IMG/VR virus record: IMGVR_UViG_2617270968_000004
DNA from: a virus
Taxonomy: Duplodnaviria; Heunggongvirae; Uroviricota; Caudoviricetes
Reading direction: 5' to 3' (one strand)
DNA: 28,946 nt
Shown: positions 18,812-26,986 of the stretch, in pieces
Layout of the letters: each line of letters begins with the position of its first letter
How positions within the stretch are numbered: the first letter of the stretch is position 1
Position numbers and translations under genes: made by a program
Notes under the pieces: generated by a model
Database searches by the model: none
Told to the model about the DNA's origin: nothing
Seen by the model: the letters and a program-made list of their open reading frames with translations, nothing else

Positions 18812-19926
18812 GAACGTCATTAGTCACCCGTGAAGAGATGATCGAGGCAATTGAACAGCACACTGCCTGTATCAGTACCAGGGATATACCAGGCGTTATT
18901 GCCAACTACTTCATGATCACCAAACAACTTTACCGGAGAAAGGACAAGAACGCGGTTCACCGTATCCTGTTGTCTGATATCCGCGAATACCTGCTCGAAC
19001 AGGGTCATCTGAATTACGCAACCGCCGCAGCCGAAGCACGCAAGGAGGCACACAGAATGAAAGCAACTAACGTTAAATCAGAAAAAATTCATGCACCTTC
19101 AGTTCAAGAATCGGAGCTGGTGGTTGTTCAGAATCAGTCTGATGAAATTCCCGTTCTGGAATGGCAGGGAGTGCGTGTAGTGACAACCGAGACTCTTGCT
19201 AGAGGGTATGGGACAGAAACAATCCGTATTCGCCAAAATCATCATGAGAACAAAGTACGCTTTGTTGAAGGGAAGCACTTTTTCAAAGTTGAAGGAGAAT
19301 CATTGCGCGAGTTGAAGCACAGAGTAGCTTTAAACTACTCTGTAAAAATTGCTCGCAATGTTCGCTCACTCACCCTCTGGACAGAACGCGGCGCAGCCCG
19401 CCACGCTAAAATGCTCGAAACCGATCAGGCATGGGCATTCTTTGAAAAACTGGAAGACAGCTACTTCCGACAAAAAGAACAGCAACCGATCGCAATCCCC
19501 CAGACGCTTCCTGAAGCCCTACGCCTGGCTGCCGAACTGGCTGAACAAAAGCAACTTCTGGAACAGAAAGCCCACCAGCTAAATCAGCAGCTGGTGGCCG
19601 CCGCTCCTAAAGTCGATTTTGCCGACCGGGTATCAGTAGCTAAAGGGATCCTGATTGGGAATTTTGCAAAGGTTGTTGGACTTAAACAAAACGCGCTGTT
19701 TGTCTGGTTACGGGAGAACGGCATCCTGATAGCGTCCGGTGGACGTAAAAATGTGCCGTTCCAGCAGTACATCAACGCGGGGTATTTCACGGTGAAAGAA
19801 GTGGTGCTGGATGATGAAGATGGCTACCAGATACGGTTGACGCCTCAATTAACGGGTAAAGGCCAGCAGTGGTTGACGCGTAAACTGCTCGATGCTGGCT
19901 TGTTAAAACCGGTGGCGGCTGAATAA
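18808..19926 (+). CDS. ant: Antirepressor Ant1-like (ORF6N plus KilAC/Ant domains), with in-frame internal Ant2-like start at 19057
   Basis: 372 aa; central VLEWQGVRVVTTETLARGYG... and C-terminal VDFADRVSVAKG...FVWLRENGIL antirepressor-type regions; internal in-frame ATG 19057 has its own AAGGAGG, giving a 290-aa product. Confidence 0.6.
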   Translation: MRTSLVTREEMIEAIEQHTACISTRDIPGVIANYFMITKQLYRRKDKNAVHRILLSDIREYLLEQGHLNYATAAAEARKEAHRMKATNVKSEKIHAPSVQESELVVVQNQSDEIPVLEWQGVRVVTTETLARGYGTETIRIRQNHHENKVRFVEGKHFFKVEGESLRELKHRVALNYSVKIARNVRSLTLWTERGAARHAKMLETDQAWAFFEKLEDSYFRQKEQQPIAIPQTLPEALRLAAELAEQKQLLEQKAHQLNQQLVAAAPKVDFADRVSVAKGILIGNFAKVVGLKQNALFVWLRENGILIASGGRKNVPFQQYINAGYFTVKEVVLDDEDGYQIRLTPQLTGKGQQWLTRKLLDAGLLKPVAAE

Positions 19927-19958
19927 TGGAAGAATGCCCGGTTGATGCCGGGCATAAT

Positions 19959-20810
19959 TTATTGCGCGCTTTCGGGGTTGTCGTTTACTGGCTGCCCCTT
20001 CTTGGTTTTACGGCTGCGCGTAACTGATGCGGCTGACTTAACCTTTTTCTCTTCGCGAGTGATGGCAATTTGTTTTTTTACATTTTCAATATCTGCCAGG
20101 CGATATATTTTTGCTTGCGGCCAGCGGTCGCAGATGATCGGTTCTATGGAGTCATAAAGGCTAAATTTTGCTTTTTCGAATTCACCGTTGATGATAATTC
20201 CATCACGGAGAGTTTCATCGCAGATAAACACGCCACACAGTGGCACATGGTAACTAACTGATTTACCATCATTGTAGTTAGGGCTACTGGAAATGTAGTG
20301 GACGCGCAGCATTGTTTCGCTAAAGCCGTGTACGCGCATACGGAATTTTTCATCCTCCGGGTACTGCTTCATTAGCTCTTTTGTTGCTTCCAGGTTCTCT
20401 ATGTATTTCGCACTGTGCTCATTGATCCCCGCGCTTTTTTGGATGCGAATGTCCTTATCAATCAGATGAATAATGCGGCCAGCGGTCATGTTGACGCTGT
20501 TCACAGCTTCTGTCTGATAAGTTGTAACCTTACGCACACCGCGAAGGATGTTAGGCACTGGATATAAAATAGTCTTTGGGATATTGAGGTCTGGGTACTG
20601 TTCCAGTTCCCGCGCCATTAAAGTCCATTTATCAATTTCAGCCTGAATGCTGTCAGTTTCTTTGAACGGTAGAACGACAACCGGGCGTACAGGACGACCG
20701 TCGCTGGCTGTATCAACGTGTTGGGCGCGTGCAACAGCTTTTTTTAGAAAGAGATCCCTGAAGCTGACGAACTCCTGGTACAGTTGTTCGCCGTAGACAT
20801 AATTTATCAT
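19959..20810 (-). CDS. c1: C1 repressor of lysis (P1-type primary repressor)
   Basis: 283 aa, the P1 C1 length as I recall it; its cognate operators are scattered through the window and coi lies immediately upstream. Confidence 0.8.
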   Translation of the reverse strand: MINYVYGEQLYQEFVSFRDLFLKKAVARAQHVDTASDGRPVRPVVVLPFKETDSIQAEIDKWTLMARELEQYPDLNIPKTILYPVPNILRGVRKVTTYQTEAVNSVNMTAGRIIHLIDKDIRIQKSAGINEHSAKYIENLEATKELMKQYPEDEKFRMRVHGFSETMLRVHYISSSPNYNDGKSVSYHVPLCGVFICDETLRDGIIINGEFEKAKFSLYDSIEPIICDRWPQAKIYRLADIENVKKQIAITREEKKVKSAASVTRSRKTKKGQPVNDNPESAQ

Positions 20811-20904
20811 TGATCCTCCTCCAGAATTGACATGGTCAATAACGCCCGGCTGAGAAAACCGGTCATTACTGACCTATATTATAGAGGGATCAAACAAAAA
20901 TAAT

Positions 20905-20921
20905 AGATTTATTAGTGCATT
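20905..20921 (-). promoter_or_regulatory. C1 operator-like site between coi and c1
   Basis: Reverse complement AATGCACTAATAAATCT, 14/17 to consensus. Confidence 0.4.
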
Positions 20922-21130
20922 TATTGTGAGTCTAACTGGTTAGTTGCCATGAGATATTCGATTGTGTCAGTGAGGTCATCCAGGTCGTCTTGGGTGATGC
21001 GGTACTCCTGATTGGATATCTTTGAGTAGTGTTCAGCAATGGCGCGGGCAGCGTCGGTTTCGGCAGGGTCTACAGATAAAGCGTTAGAGCAATGTCTAAC
21101 GTCGTCGATGGTTGGTTGAATGAAAGCCAT
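20921..21130 (-). CDS. coi: Coi (C1 inactivator)
   Basis: 69-aa acidic protein directly upstream of c1 on the same strand, the P1 Coi size and position as I recall them. Confidence 0.7.
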   Translation of the reverse strand: MAFIQPTIDDVRHCSNALSVDPAETDAARAIAEHYSKISNQEYRITQDDLDDLTDTIEYLMATNQLDSQ

Positions 21131-21368
21131 AATTATGCCTCACTGTATTGACAACACAGAGCCTGAAGCTCTGACCTACTGTTTCACCCATGATCCATGC
21201 TGGGGTAATCTAACAACATTGCGCTGTGTGTAAGATGAGCAATGCATAGCTGTAATGCCGTTGTATAAGGTTTCCCTGTTTGCTCATTTCCTTCTGAGCC
21301 GCTCTACAACGCTGAAGACACATTAAATAGTGAATCCAAAGTCGTATTACGAAACGGCGGCAAAACTA

Positions 21369-21385
21369 TAATTCATTAGAGCAAT
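21369..21385 (-). promoter_or_regulatory. C1 operator (minus orientation)
   Basis: Reverse complement ATTGCTCTAATGAATTA (15/17). Confidence 0.55.
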
Positions 21386-21451
21386 TGTCAAACAACTATG
21401 AAAAACAATCCAGTTTTTGGCTGGTGGAGTTGGATTTTTCTCTCAAAATTT

Positions 21452-21468
21452 ATTGCTCTAATAATTCT
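21452..21468 (+). promoter_or_regulatory. C1 operator (ATTGCTCTAATAATTCT)
   Basis: 15/17 match to consensus, about 45 bp from loxP. Confidence 0.6.
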
Positions 21469-21511
21469 TGATTTTTATGCGCAGCTGGACGTAAACTCCT
21501 CTTCGGACCTA

Positions 21512-21545
21512 ATAACTTCGTATAGCATACATTATACGAAGTTAT
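21512..21545 (+). other. loxP: loxP recombination site (34 bp)
   Basis: Exact ATAACTTCGTATA-GCATACAT-TATACGAAGTTAT: two 13-bp inverted repeats around the 8-bp asymmetric spacer. Confidence 0.97.
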
Positions 21546-21564
21546 CTTAAGGGTTATTGAACAT

Positions 21565-21637
21565 GATCAATTTACCTGTAAATCCATACAGTTAAATACC
21601 TTATCAGGTCAAATAGTGATCACTTGATCATTTGATC
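21565..21637 (+). promoter_or_regulatory. GATC (Dam site) cluster in the loxP-cre regulatory region
   Basis: Four GATC sites at 21565, 21618, 21626 and 21634, the last three as TGATCA repeated at 8-bp spacing; P1 cre promoters are known to be Dam-regulated. Confidence 0.5.
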
Positions 21638-21734
21638 AAGGTTGCGCTACGTAAAATCTGCGAAATGTTGGCAGTGTTAGTGCTCCAGATTTCGCGTAGC
21701 GCACTTAGCACCACCAATCAATCAGAGGTGAAAA

Positions 21735-21956
21735 ATGGGATATTCAGCTGCTAAAGTGTCCACTCATATTGAGCTTGAGAAAAACCGTGGTTACTGGCGG
21801 GCAAAAGGGTTTGATCGTGATAGTTGTCAACTGTCATTATCGCGCGGTGAAGAGAAAATAGAACGCACGCGTGGTCGCTGGCGTTTCTATGACGAGAACC
21901 ATAAACAGGTAAAGGCAGAGCCGATCCTGTACACTTTACTTAAAACCATTATCTGA
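21735..21956 (+). CDS. Hypothetical small protein between loxP and cre
   Basis: 73-aa ORF with strong SD (GAGGTG, 5-nt spacing), ending 8 bp before cre; basic, no recognised motif. Confidence 0.3.
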   Translation: MGYSAAKVSTHIELEKNRGYWRAKGFDRDSCQLSLSRGEEKIERTRGRWRFYDENHKQVKAEPILYTLLKTII

Positions 21957-21963
21957 GTGTTAA

Positions 21964-22995
21964 ATGTCCAATTTACTGACCGTACACCAAAATTTGCCTG
22001 CATTACCGGTCGATGCAACGAGTGATGAGGTTCGCAAGAACCTGATGGACATGTTCAGGGATCGCCAGGCGTTTTCTGAGCATACCTGGAAAATGCTTCT
22101 GTCCGTTTGCCGGTCGTGGGCGGCATGGTGCAAGTTGAATAACCGGAAATGGTTTCCCGCAGAACCTGAAGATGTTCGCGATTATCTTCTATATCTTCAG
22201 GCGCGCGGTCTGGCAGTAAAAACTATCCAGCAACATTTGGGCCAGCTAAACATGCTTCATCGTCGGTCCGGGCTGCCACGACCAAGTGACAGCAATGCTG
22301 TTTCACTGGTCATGCGACGGATCCGAAAAGAAAACGTTGATGCCGGTGAGCGTGCAAAACAGGCGCTGGCGTTCGAACGCACTGATTTCGACCTGGTTCG
22401 TTCACTCATGGAAAATAGTGAGCGCTGCCAGGATATACGTAATCTGGCATTTCTGGGGATTGCTTATAACACCCTGTTACGTATAGCCGAAATTTCCAGG
22501 ATCAGGGTTAAAGATATCTCACGTACTGACGGTGGGAGAATGTTAATCCATATTGGCAGAACGAAAACGCTGGTTAGCACCGCTGGTGTAGAGAAGGCAC
22601 TTAGCCTAGGGGTAACTAAACTGGTTGAGCGATGGATTTCTGTCTCTGGTGTAGCTGATGATCCGAATAACTACCTGTTTTGCCGCGTCAGAAAAAATGG
22701 TGTTGCCGCGCCATCATCCACCAGCCAGCTATCAACTCGCGCCCTGGAAGGGATTTTTGAAGCAACTCATCGATTGATTTACGGCGCTAAGGATGACTCT
22801 GGTCAGAGATACCTGGCCTGGTCTGGACACAGTGCCCGTGTCGGAGCCGCGCGAGATATGGCCCGCGCCGGAGTTTCAATACCGGAGATCATGCAAGCTG
22901 GTGGCTGGACCAACGTAAATATTGTCATGAACTATATCCGTAACCTGGATAGTGAAACAGGGGCAATGGTGCGCCTGCTGGAAGATGGCGATTAG
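21964..22995 (+). CDS. cre: Cre site-specific tyrosine recombinase
   Basis: 343 aa MSNLLTVHQNLPALPVDATSDEVRKNLMDMFRDRQAFSEHTWKMLLSVCRSWAAW...; catalytic-region motifs (HSARVGAARDM, GGWTNVNIVMNY) and an adjacent loxP. Confidence 0.97.
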   Translation: MSNLLTVHQNLPALPVDATSDEVRKNLMDMFRDRQAFSEHTWKMLLSVCRSWAAWCKLNNRKWFPAEPEDVRDYLLYLQARGLAVKTIQQHLGQLNMLHRRSGLPRPSDSNAVSLVMRRIRKENVDAGERAKQALAFERTDFDLVRSLMENSERCQDIRNLAFLGIAYNTLLRIAEISRIRVKDISRTDGGRMLIHIGRTKTLVSTAGVEKALSLGVTKLVERWISVSGVADDPNNYLFCRVRKNGVAAPSSTSQLSTRALEGIFEATHRLIYGAKDDSGQRYLAWSGHSARVGAARDMARAGVSIPEIMQAGGWTNVNIVMNYIRNLDSETGAMVRLLEDGD

Positions 22996-23012
22996 CCATT
23001 AACGCGTAAATT

Positions 23013-23029
23013 ATTGCTCTAATTCTTTG
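23013..23029 (+). promoter_or_regulatory. C1 operator (ATTGCTCTAATTCTTTG)
   Basis: First 11 bp exact match to consensus; lies between cre and the next gene. Confidence 0.5.
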
Positions 23030-23045
23030 ATATTTATGGTGACAT

Positions 23046-23357
23046 ATGAGAAAGGATTTCAACATCGACGGAAAATATGTAGTGCTGTCTGTAAGCACTA
23101 ATATTCAGTCGCCAGCCGTCATTGTCACCGTAAAGTTGAGCGATAGGATGCCTGATATCGACTCGATATCTGTTGCGTTCCCCGTTAAAAGCATGCGGAG
23201 TGCTGAACATTTTGTGATGAATGCAACGGAGGAGGAAGCGCGGCGCGGGCTTACTAGAGTGATGGCGGAATTTGGCGAACTCCTGGGTAAGGTAAACAAT
23301 GCCCTTTCAATCAGTTCAGCAAGGTCCAAAGCGTTAACAGCTTCCATGATGAAATAA
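23046..23357 (+). CDS. Hypothetical protein (cra-like, cre-associated position)
   Basis: 103-aa ORF directly downstream of cre. Confidence 0.45.
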   Translation: MRKDFNIDGKYVVLSVSTNIQSPAVIVTVKLSDRMPDIDSISVAFPVKSMRSAEHFVMNATEEEARRGLTRVMAEFGELLGKVNNALSISSARSKALTASMMK

Positions 23358-23383
23358 AAAAAAAGCCTGGCAAGGAGCCAGGC
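23355..23383 (-). terminator. Terminator-like hairpin oriented for minus-strand transcripts
   Basis: Stem GCCTGGC/GCCAGGC (loop AAGGA) preceded on the plus strand by A10, which is a U-run after the hairpin on the minus strand. Confidence 0.4.
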
Positions 23384-23490
23384 TGCACAAAAGAGCGGGT
23401 TTGTATTCCGCATCCAATCAATCAAGAAGGAGTATAGCACACAGGTACTGAAGTAAAAAAATGTGATTCGCGATAAAAAAAATACCTACC

Positions 23491-23507
23491 ATTGCTCTAA
23501 TTGATTG
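23491..23507 (+). promoter_or_regulatory. C1 operator (ATTGCTCTAATTGATTG) with adjacent -10 TATAAT (23509..23514)
   Basis: First 11 bp exact match to consensus; -10 hexamer immediately downstream. Confidence 0.55.
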
Positions 23508-23575
23508 ATATAATTTAACCGCAGTTTTTGTCAACTACGAAGACGTTGCTATTACTACACTCCTTGACATCATTG

Positions 23576-23599
23576 GCGGCCATTAGGCCGCTTTTTTTT
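23576..23599 (+). terminator. Intrinsic terminator/attenuator hairpin 5 bp upstream of the ref start codon
   Basis: Stem GCGGCC/GGCCGC (loop ATTA) followed by T8; ref has no obvious SD. Confidence 0.5.
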
Positions 23600-23604
23600 G
23601 CCAT

Positions 23605-24165
23605 ATGAAAACAATCGAACAAAAACTTGAACAGCGCCGCGAGTGGCAGAAGGCAGCCAGAGAACGAGCGATCGCTCGGCAACGGGAAAAGTTGGCTGAC
23701 CCCGCCTGGCGAGAATCGCAATATCAGAAAATGCGGGATTCTATCGACCGCCGTATCGCTAAACAGAAAGAGCGCCCACCAGCCAGCAAAACGCGGAAAA
23801 GTGCGGTAAAAATAAAATCTCGTGGCTTGAAGGGGCGAACACCGACGGCGGAGGAACGGACCATCGCCAATGCTCTTGGCACTCTCCCCTGCATTGCCTG
23901 CTACATGCATGGAGTAATATCTGAAGAGGTGTCTCTGCACCATATCTCCGGTCGTACCGCGCAGGGTTGTCACAAAAAGCAATTGCCCCTTTGTAGATGG
24001 CACCACCAGCATGCAGCACCGGCTGAAGTAAGAGAAAAATACCCCTGGCTGGTCCCCGTTCATGCCGATGGTGTGGTTGGAGGCAAGAAAGAATTCACCT
24101 TGCTGAACAAGTCAGAGATGGAATTGCTGGCTGACGCCTATGAGATGGCAAACATCATGCACTAA
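23605..24165 (+). CDS. ref: Ref (recombination enhancement function; HNH-family endonuclease)
   Basis: 186 aa, the P1 Ref length as I recall it; basic N-terminal region and HNH-like Cys/His core (CIACYMHG...HHISGRT...CRWHH). Confidence 0.8.
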   Translation: MKTIEQKLEQRREWQKAARERAIARQREKLADPAWRESQYQKMRDSIDRRIAKQKERPPASKTRKSAVKIKSRGLKGRTPTAEERTIANALGTLPCIACYMHGVISEEVSLHHISGRTAQGCHKKQLPLCRWHHQHAAPAEVREKYPWLVPVHADGVVGGKKEFTLLNKSEMELLADAYEMANIMH

Positions 24166-24316
24166 TAAATATATTATTTTTAATCTGAAATAATTGACAA
24201 CTGACAAGTGACTTCAGTCAGAATCATCACATGCCCGGTACGGATGGATCCCTTTTCAAATATTCCATGGACGGCACAGTCTGAGTACCGGGCGCTACCT
24301 TCAGTTGTATTGCTAA

Positions 24317-24341
24317 GCCGCCGCTGGTGGCTTTTCTTTTT
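24317..24341 (+). terminator. Terminator-like hairpin plus U-run between ref and mat
   Basis: GCCGCCGCTGGTGGC hairpin followed by TTTTCTTTTT, ending about 12 bp before the mat SD. Confidence 0.4.
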
Positions 24342-24353
24342 GTAGGGGGAGCT

Positions 24354-24998
24354 ATGGATAAGAAAATATGCGTTGTTTCGATGAACGTCGGCAAACCGGC
24401 GTCAATGACTGCTGCATGGATCAACAACGAGCTGATAATGGCTGAGCGGACCAGATACCCTGAACGCCGCCGCGACATGGAACTCCAGCTGCTGCGCGAA
24501 TTGCGAGAAAAAGAGGAAAAGGGTTTTATCGTGCTGGTGGAAGAGGAAAACAGCTTTATTACTGGTCGAGTTGGCCAGCGTGTAAGGTTGCGCGATCCCT
24601 TCATGAACGGCAGGCCGGTACTAATTGAAGCAATGCAGATTTACAAGGAGTTGGAACGCCAGAAAGCGATCAAGTTACCGCGCAAGGAATCCGGCAAATA
24701 CATCCTCCACCAAAGCATCTTCGATTCCGAACACGATAAAAAAGGCGATGAGTTTTTCAACATCAACTGGAGCGAAATAACGACAGAGCATGTTCTGACG
24801 TTGTTATGCTGCTTCGCAACAGAATACAACAACGTGGTAAGCGCAGACTACATCAGGACAATGACAGACACCGTTACTAAACAAGACAACGAATATTCAC
24901 CATATGAGCCATTTGTAAATATGATAAAAGCATTTTATCGGATGGAGCTCACTAAAGTTCCTCAAGGTAAATTAACAGGTAAGGATAACATCTTTTAA
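24354..24998 (+). CDS. mat: Mat-like protein (maturation control position in P1)
   Basis: ORF with AGGGGGAG SD before ATG 24354 (track ORF 24327..24998); positioned after ref as in P1. Confidence 0.5.
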   Translation: MDKKICVVSMNVGKPASMTAAWINNELIMAERTRYPERRRDMELQLLRELREKEEKGFIVLVEEENSFITGRVGQRVRLRDPFMNGRPVLIEAMQIYKELERQKAIKLPRKESGKYILHQSIFDSEHDKKGDEFFNINWSEITTEHVLTLLCCFATEYNNVVSADYIRTMTDTVTKQDNEYSPYEPFVNMIKAFYRMELTKVPQGKLTGKDNIF

Positions 24999-25051
24999 GC
25001 ACAGTAATGAGGTGCTTAGATGTTCATATCAATATCCTAACTCTCTGCATC

Positions 25052-25741
25052 TCATAAATCTGATAGCCACTTACTATCTATGGACTCAATCTCCGTCAGC
25101 GGAATTGATGGGAAAAAATATCCCTGAGCGCCCCATAGTCCTATCCCTTTTGATAACTTATGACAATCAATGTTTTCGACGCCTTCAGCGATGATATTCG
25201 GACATAACTTTTTTAAATTGCTAATAATGACATCAAAATGAGGCTTAATCATATGCTCTTGAAAAAATGACTTATCAAGTTTTATTGCATGATATTTATT
25301 TTTAATTAATGCTTTCATGGTGGCGTTACCACTTCCAAAATCATCAAGCCAAACATTATCTGTCAAAGTCAGTAGAAAGGATATGATGTAATCCTCATCG
25401 CTTAAATCAGGATAGTTTTCTGATATTTCAATCGCTATAAATTTATTGTTTATTAGTAGTTCTTGAATTTGTTTATTGCCATATATATATAAACAGGTAT
25501 CATAATCTACATTGATAGAGCATAATATATTATGGCGTTCAAAAAAATACTTATATTTGATTATTGTGTTAAGTTGAGATTTTAGCAAGTTAATCTTCAT
25601 CTTGCTTGTAAACATACCCAATACTTTCTGAGTAGAAAGAATAGCCCCCTCGTTGGAATAAAATCTGCTCAACACTTCCACTGCTATCAACTTGTTAGTG
25701 CTTGTGGAAATGATTGGTTCTACTATGTAGATAACTTCCAT
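25052..25741 (-). CDS. EAL-domain protein (putative c-di-GMP phosphodiesterase), stand-alone
   Basis: 229 aa with EAL-domain signatures EVL (E retained), DDFGSG, KLDKSF, AEGVEN and QGYFF; SD GAGGG upstream; visibly AT-rich gene. Confidence 0.7.
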   Translation of the reverse strand: MEVIYIVEPIISTSTNKLIAVEVLSRFYSNEGAILSTQKVLGMFTSKMKINLLKSQLNTIIKYKYFFERHNILCSINVDYDTCLYIYGNKQIQELLINNKFIAIEISENYPDLSDEDYIISFLLTLTDNVWLDDFGSGNATMKALIKNKYHAIKLDKSFFQEHMIKPHFDVIISNLKKLCPNIIAEGVENIDCHKLSKGIGLWGAQGYFFPSIPLTEIESIDSKWLSDL

Positions 25742-25964
25742 GCTCCCACCCTCTATTTTTAAATTGGTTGGCTTTAGCAGATAAAGTGCCCTTTATATTT
25801 ACAGGGGTTACACACTATGTCAATTTATTTATCTGTAGTGAAATTGATAAAAATTCAATAATAAAAAAACAGCAACTGTGACACAAATCAATATTTTTAT
25901 TTTTTGCACAACTTCTTGATTTCAGTGCTGCTGTATCTCTATTCTTGTTCAAAGCCTCTTTAGA

Positions 25965-26699
25965 ATGGTGGTAGCTATGTCAGGAGTCTGTTACTTCATC
26001 CTAATAAAAAAACCGATAATTTTTCAATTTCTTAAGGATTTCTTAATATTAAATTATGGTGATGTGCTGTTGCTTAAACATTCTGAACGCGAATTCTTAC
26101 AAACCTATTCAGATAAATATATCGAATTCGAACTTAATGATAGTGCTGTAAGAAACTATTTATCTTGTCACAATCACCAAGGGAAGCAACTTCTGGATAA
26201 ATGCCCACATTTGCTAAAAAAGTCTTTTGCTTATCCTGATTTATTAATCAGGATGATCGATAATATAAGTGACCAGAATCATATACATCCTGATTTTAAG
26301 GATGCTTTAACTTTTTCATTACTTTCAATTTTTAGTGATGTTGACAACCTTAGAGCTTTTCTTACGTCTGGCATGCCTACTTTCTCAGGGAAAGTACGCA
26401 GCATATTTCTTTCAGATGTATCTAAACATTGGAAACTAAGAGATTTAACTGATTATCTATACATGAGTGAGAGTTTAATAAAGAAAAAACTATTATTAGA
26501 AAACACCTCCTTCAGTAAGTTATTACTTGATACACGGATGGCTTTTGCTATTAAATTACTAAAGCAAAACCGCCCCCTCAAACAAGTATCAGAAAGTTGT
26601 GGTTTTAGTAGTATATCGTACTTTGTGTACCTATTTAGGCAGTATTATAATTGTACACCATGTGAATATGCAAAACATCAGTTATCATCTGGGAAATAA
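25965..26699 (+). CDS. AraC/XylS-family transcriptional regulator
   Basis: 244 aa; C-terminal helix-turn-helix region ...LKQVSESCGFSSISYFVYLFRQYYNCTPCEY; AT-rich, divergent from the EAL gene. Confidence 0.7.
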   Translation: MVVAMSGVCYFILIKKPIIFQFLKDFLILNYGDVLLLKHSEREFLQTYSDKYIEFELNDSAVRNYLSCHNHQGKQLLDKCPHLLKKSFAYPDLLIRMIDNISDQNHIHPDFKDALTFSLLSIFSDVDNLRAFLTSGMPTFSGKVRSIFLSDVSKHWKLRDLTDYLYMSESLIKKKLLLENTSFSKLLLDTRMAFAIKLLKQNRPLKQVSESCGFSSISYFVYLFRQYYNCTPCEYAKHQLSSGK

Positions 26700-26737
26700 G
26701 ATGCATTTATCTCCCAGATAATATTGTAATATTAAAC

Positions 26738-26986
26738 TCAGTCAGCATTTAGTAGCAGAGCATTATCTATGATGATCTGCTCCCATTCTTCGAATGCCCG
26801 GTCGCGGACGCCCTGGGGAACGCTGTTTGTTTTGAAATCGACGACCGTCCGCCATTTTCCGTCAGGACGGTACATGCGCAGAGCTTTACTTCCCCCTTCC
26901 CTGCGCACCTCAACGTTATGCTTGTCAGCAAACTCTTGTAATGCTCGTAGCGTCCCATGCTTTACTGTGTAGTATCGCTTTTTCAA
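26738..26986 (-). CDS. Hypothetical protein (82 aa)
   Basis: ORF whose start overlaps the stop of the upstream 146-aa ORF (ATGA). Confidence 0.45.
   Translation of the reverse strand: MKKRYYTVKHGTLRALQEFADKHNVEVRREGGSKALRMYRPDGKWRTVVDFKTNSVPQGVRDRAFEEWEQIIIDNALLLNAD

Noticed and set aside
21565-21637. TGATCA repeats near loxP considered as the P1 pac site
   Set aside because: Only three tandem hexamers plus one isolated GATC, located between loxP and cre, where Dam-regulated cre promoters are expected. The pac site has a 4+3 arrangement over about 160 bp within pacA.
23515-24063. 182-aa minus-strand ORF overlapping ref
   Set aside because: Antisense to the HNH-motif-bearing ref frame; no start context.
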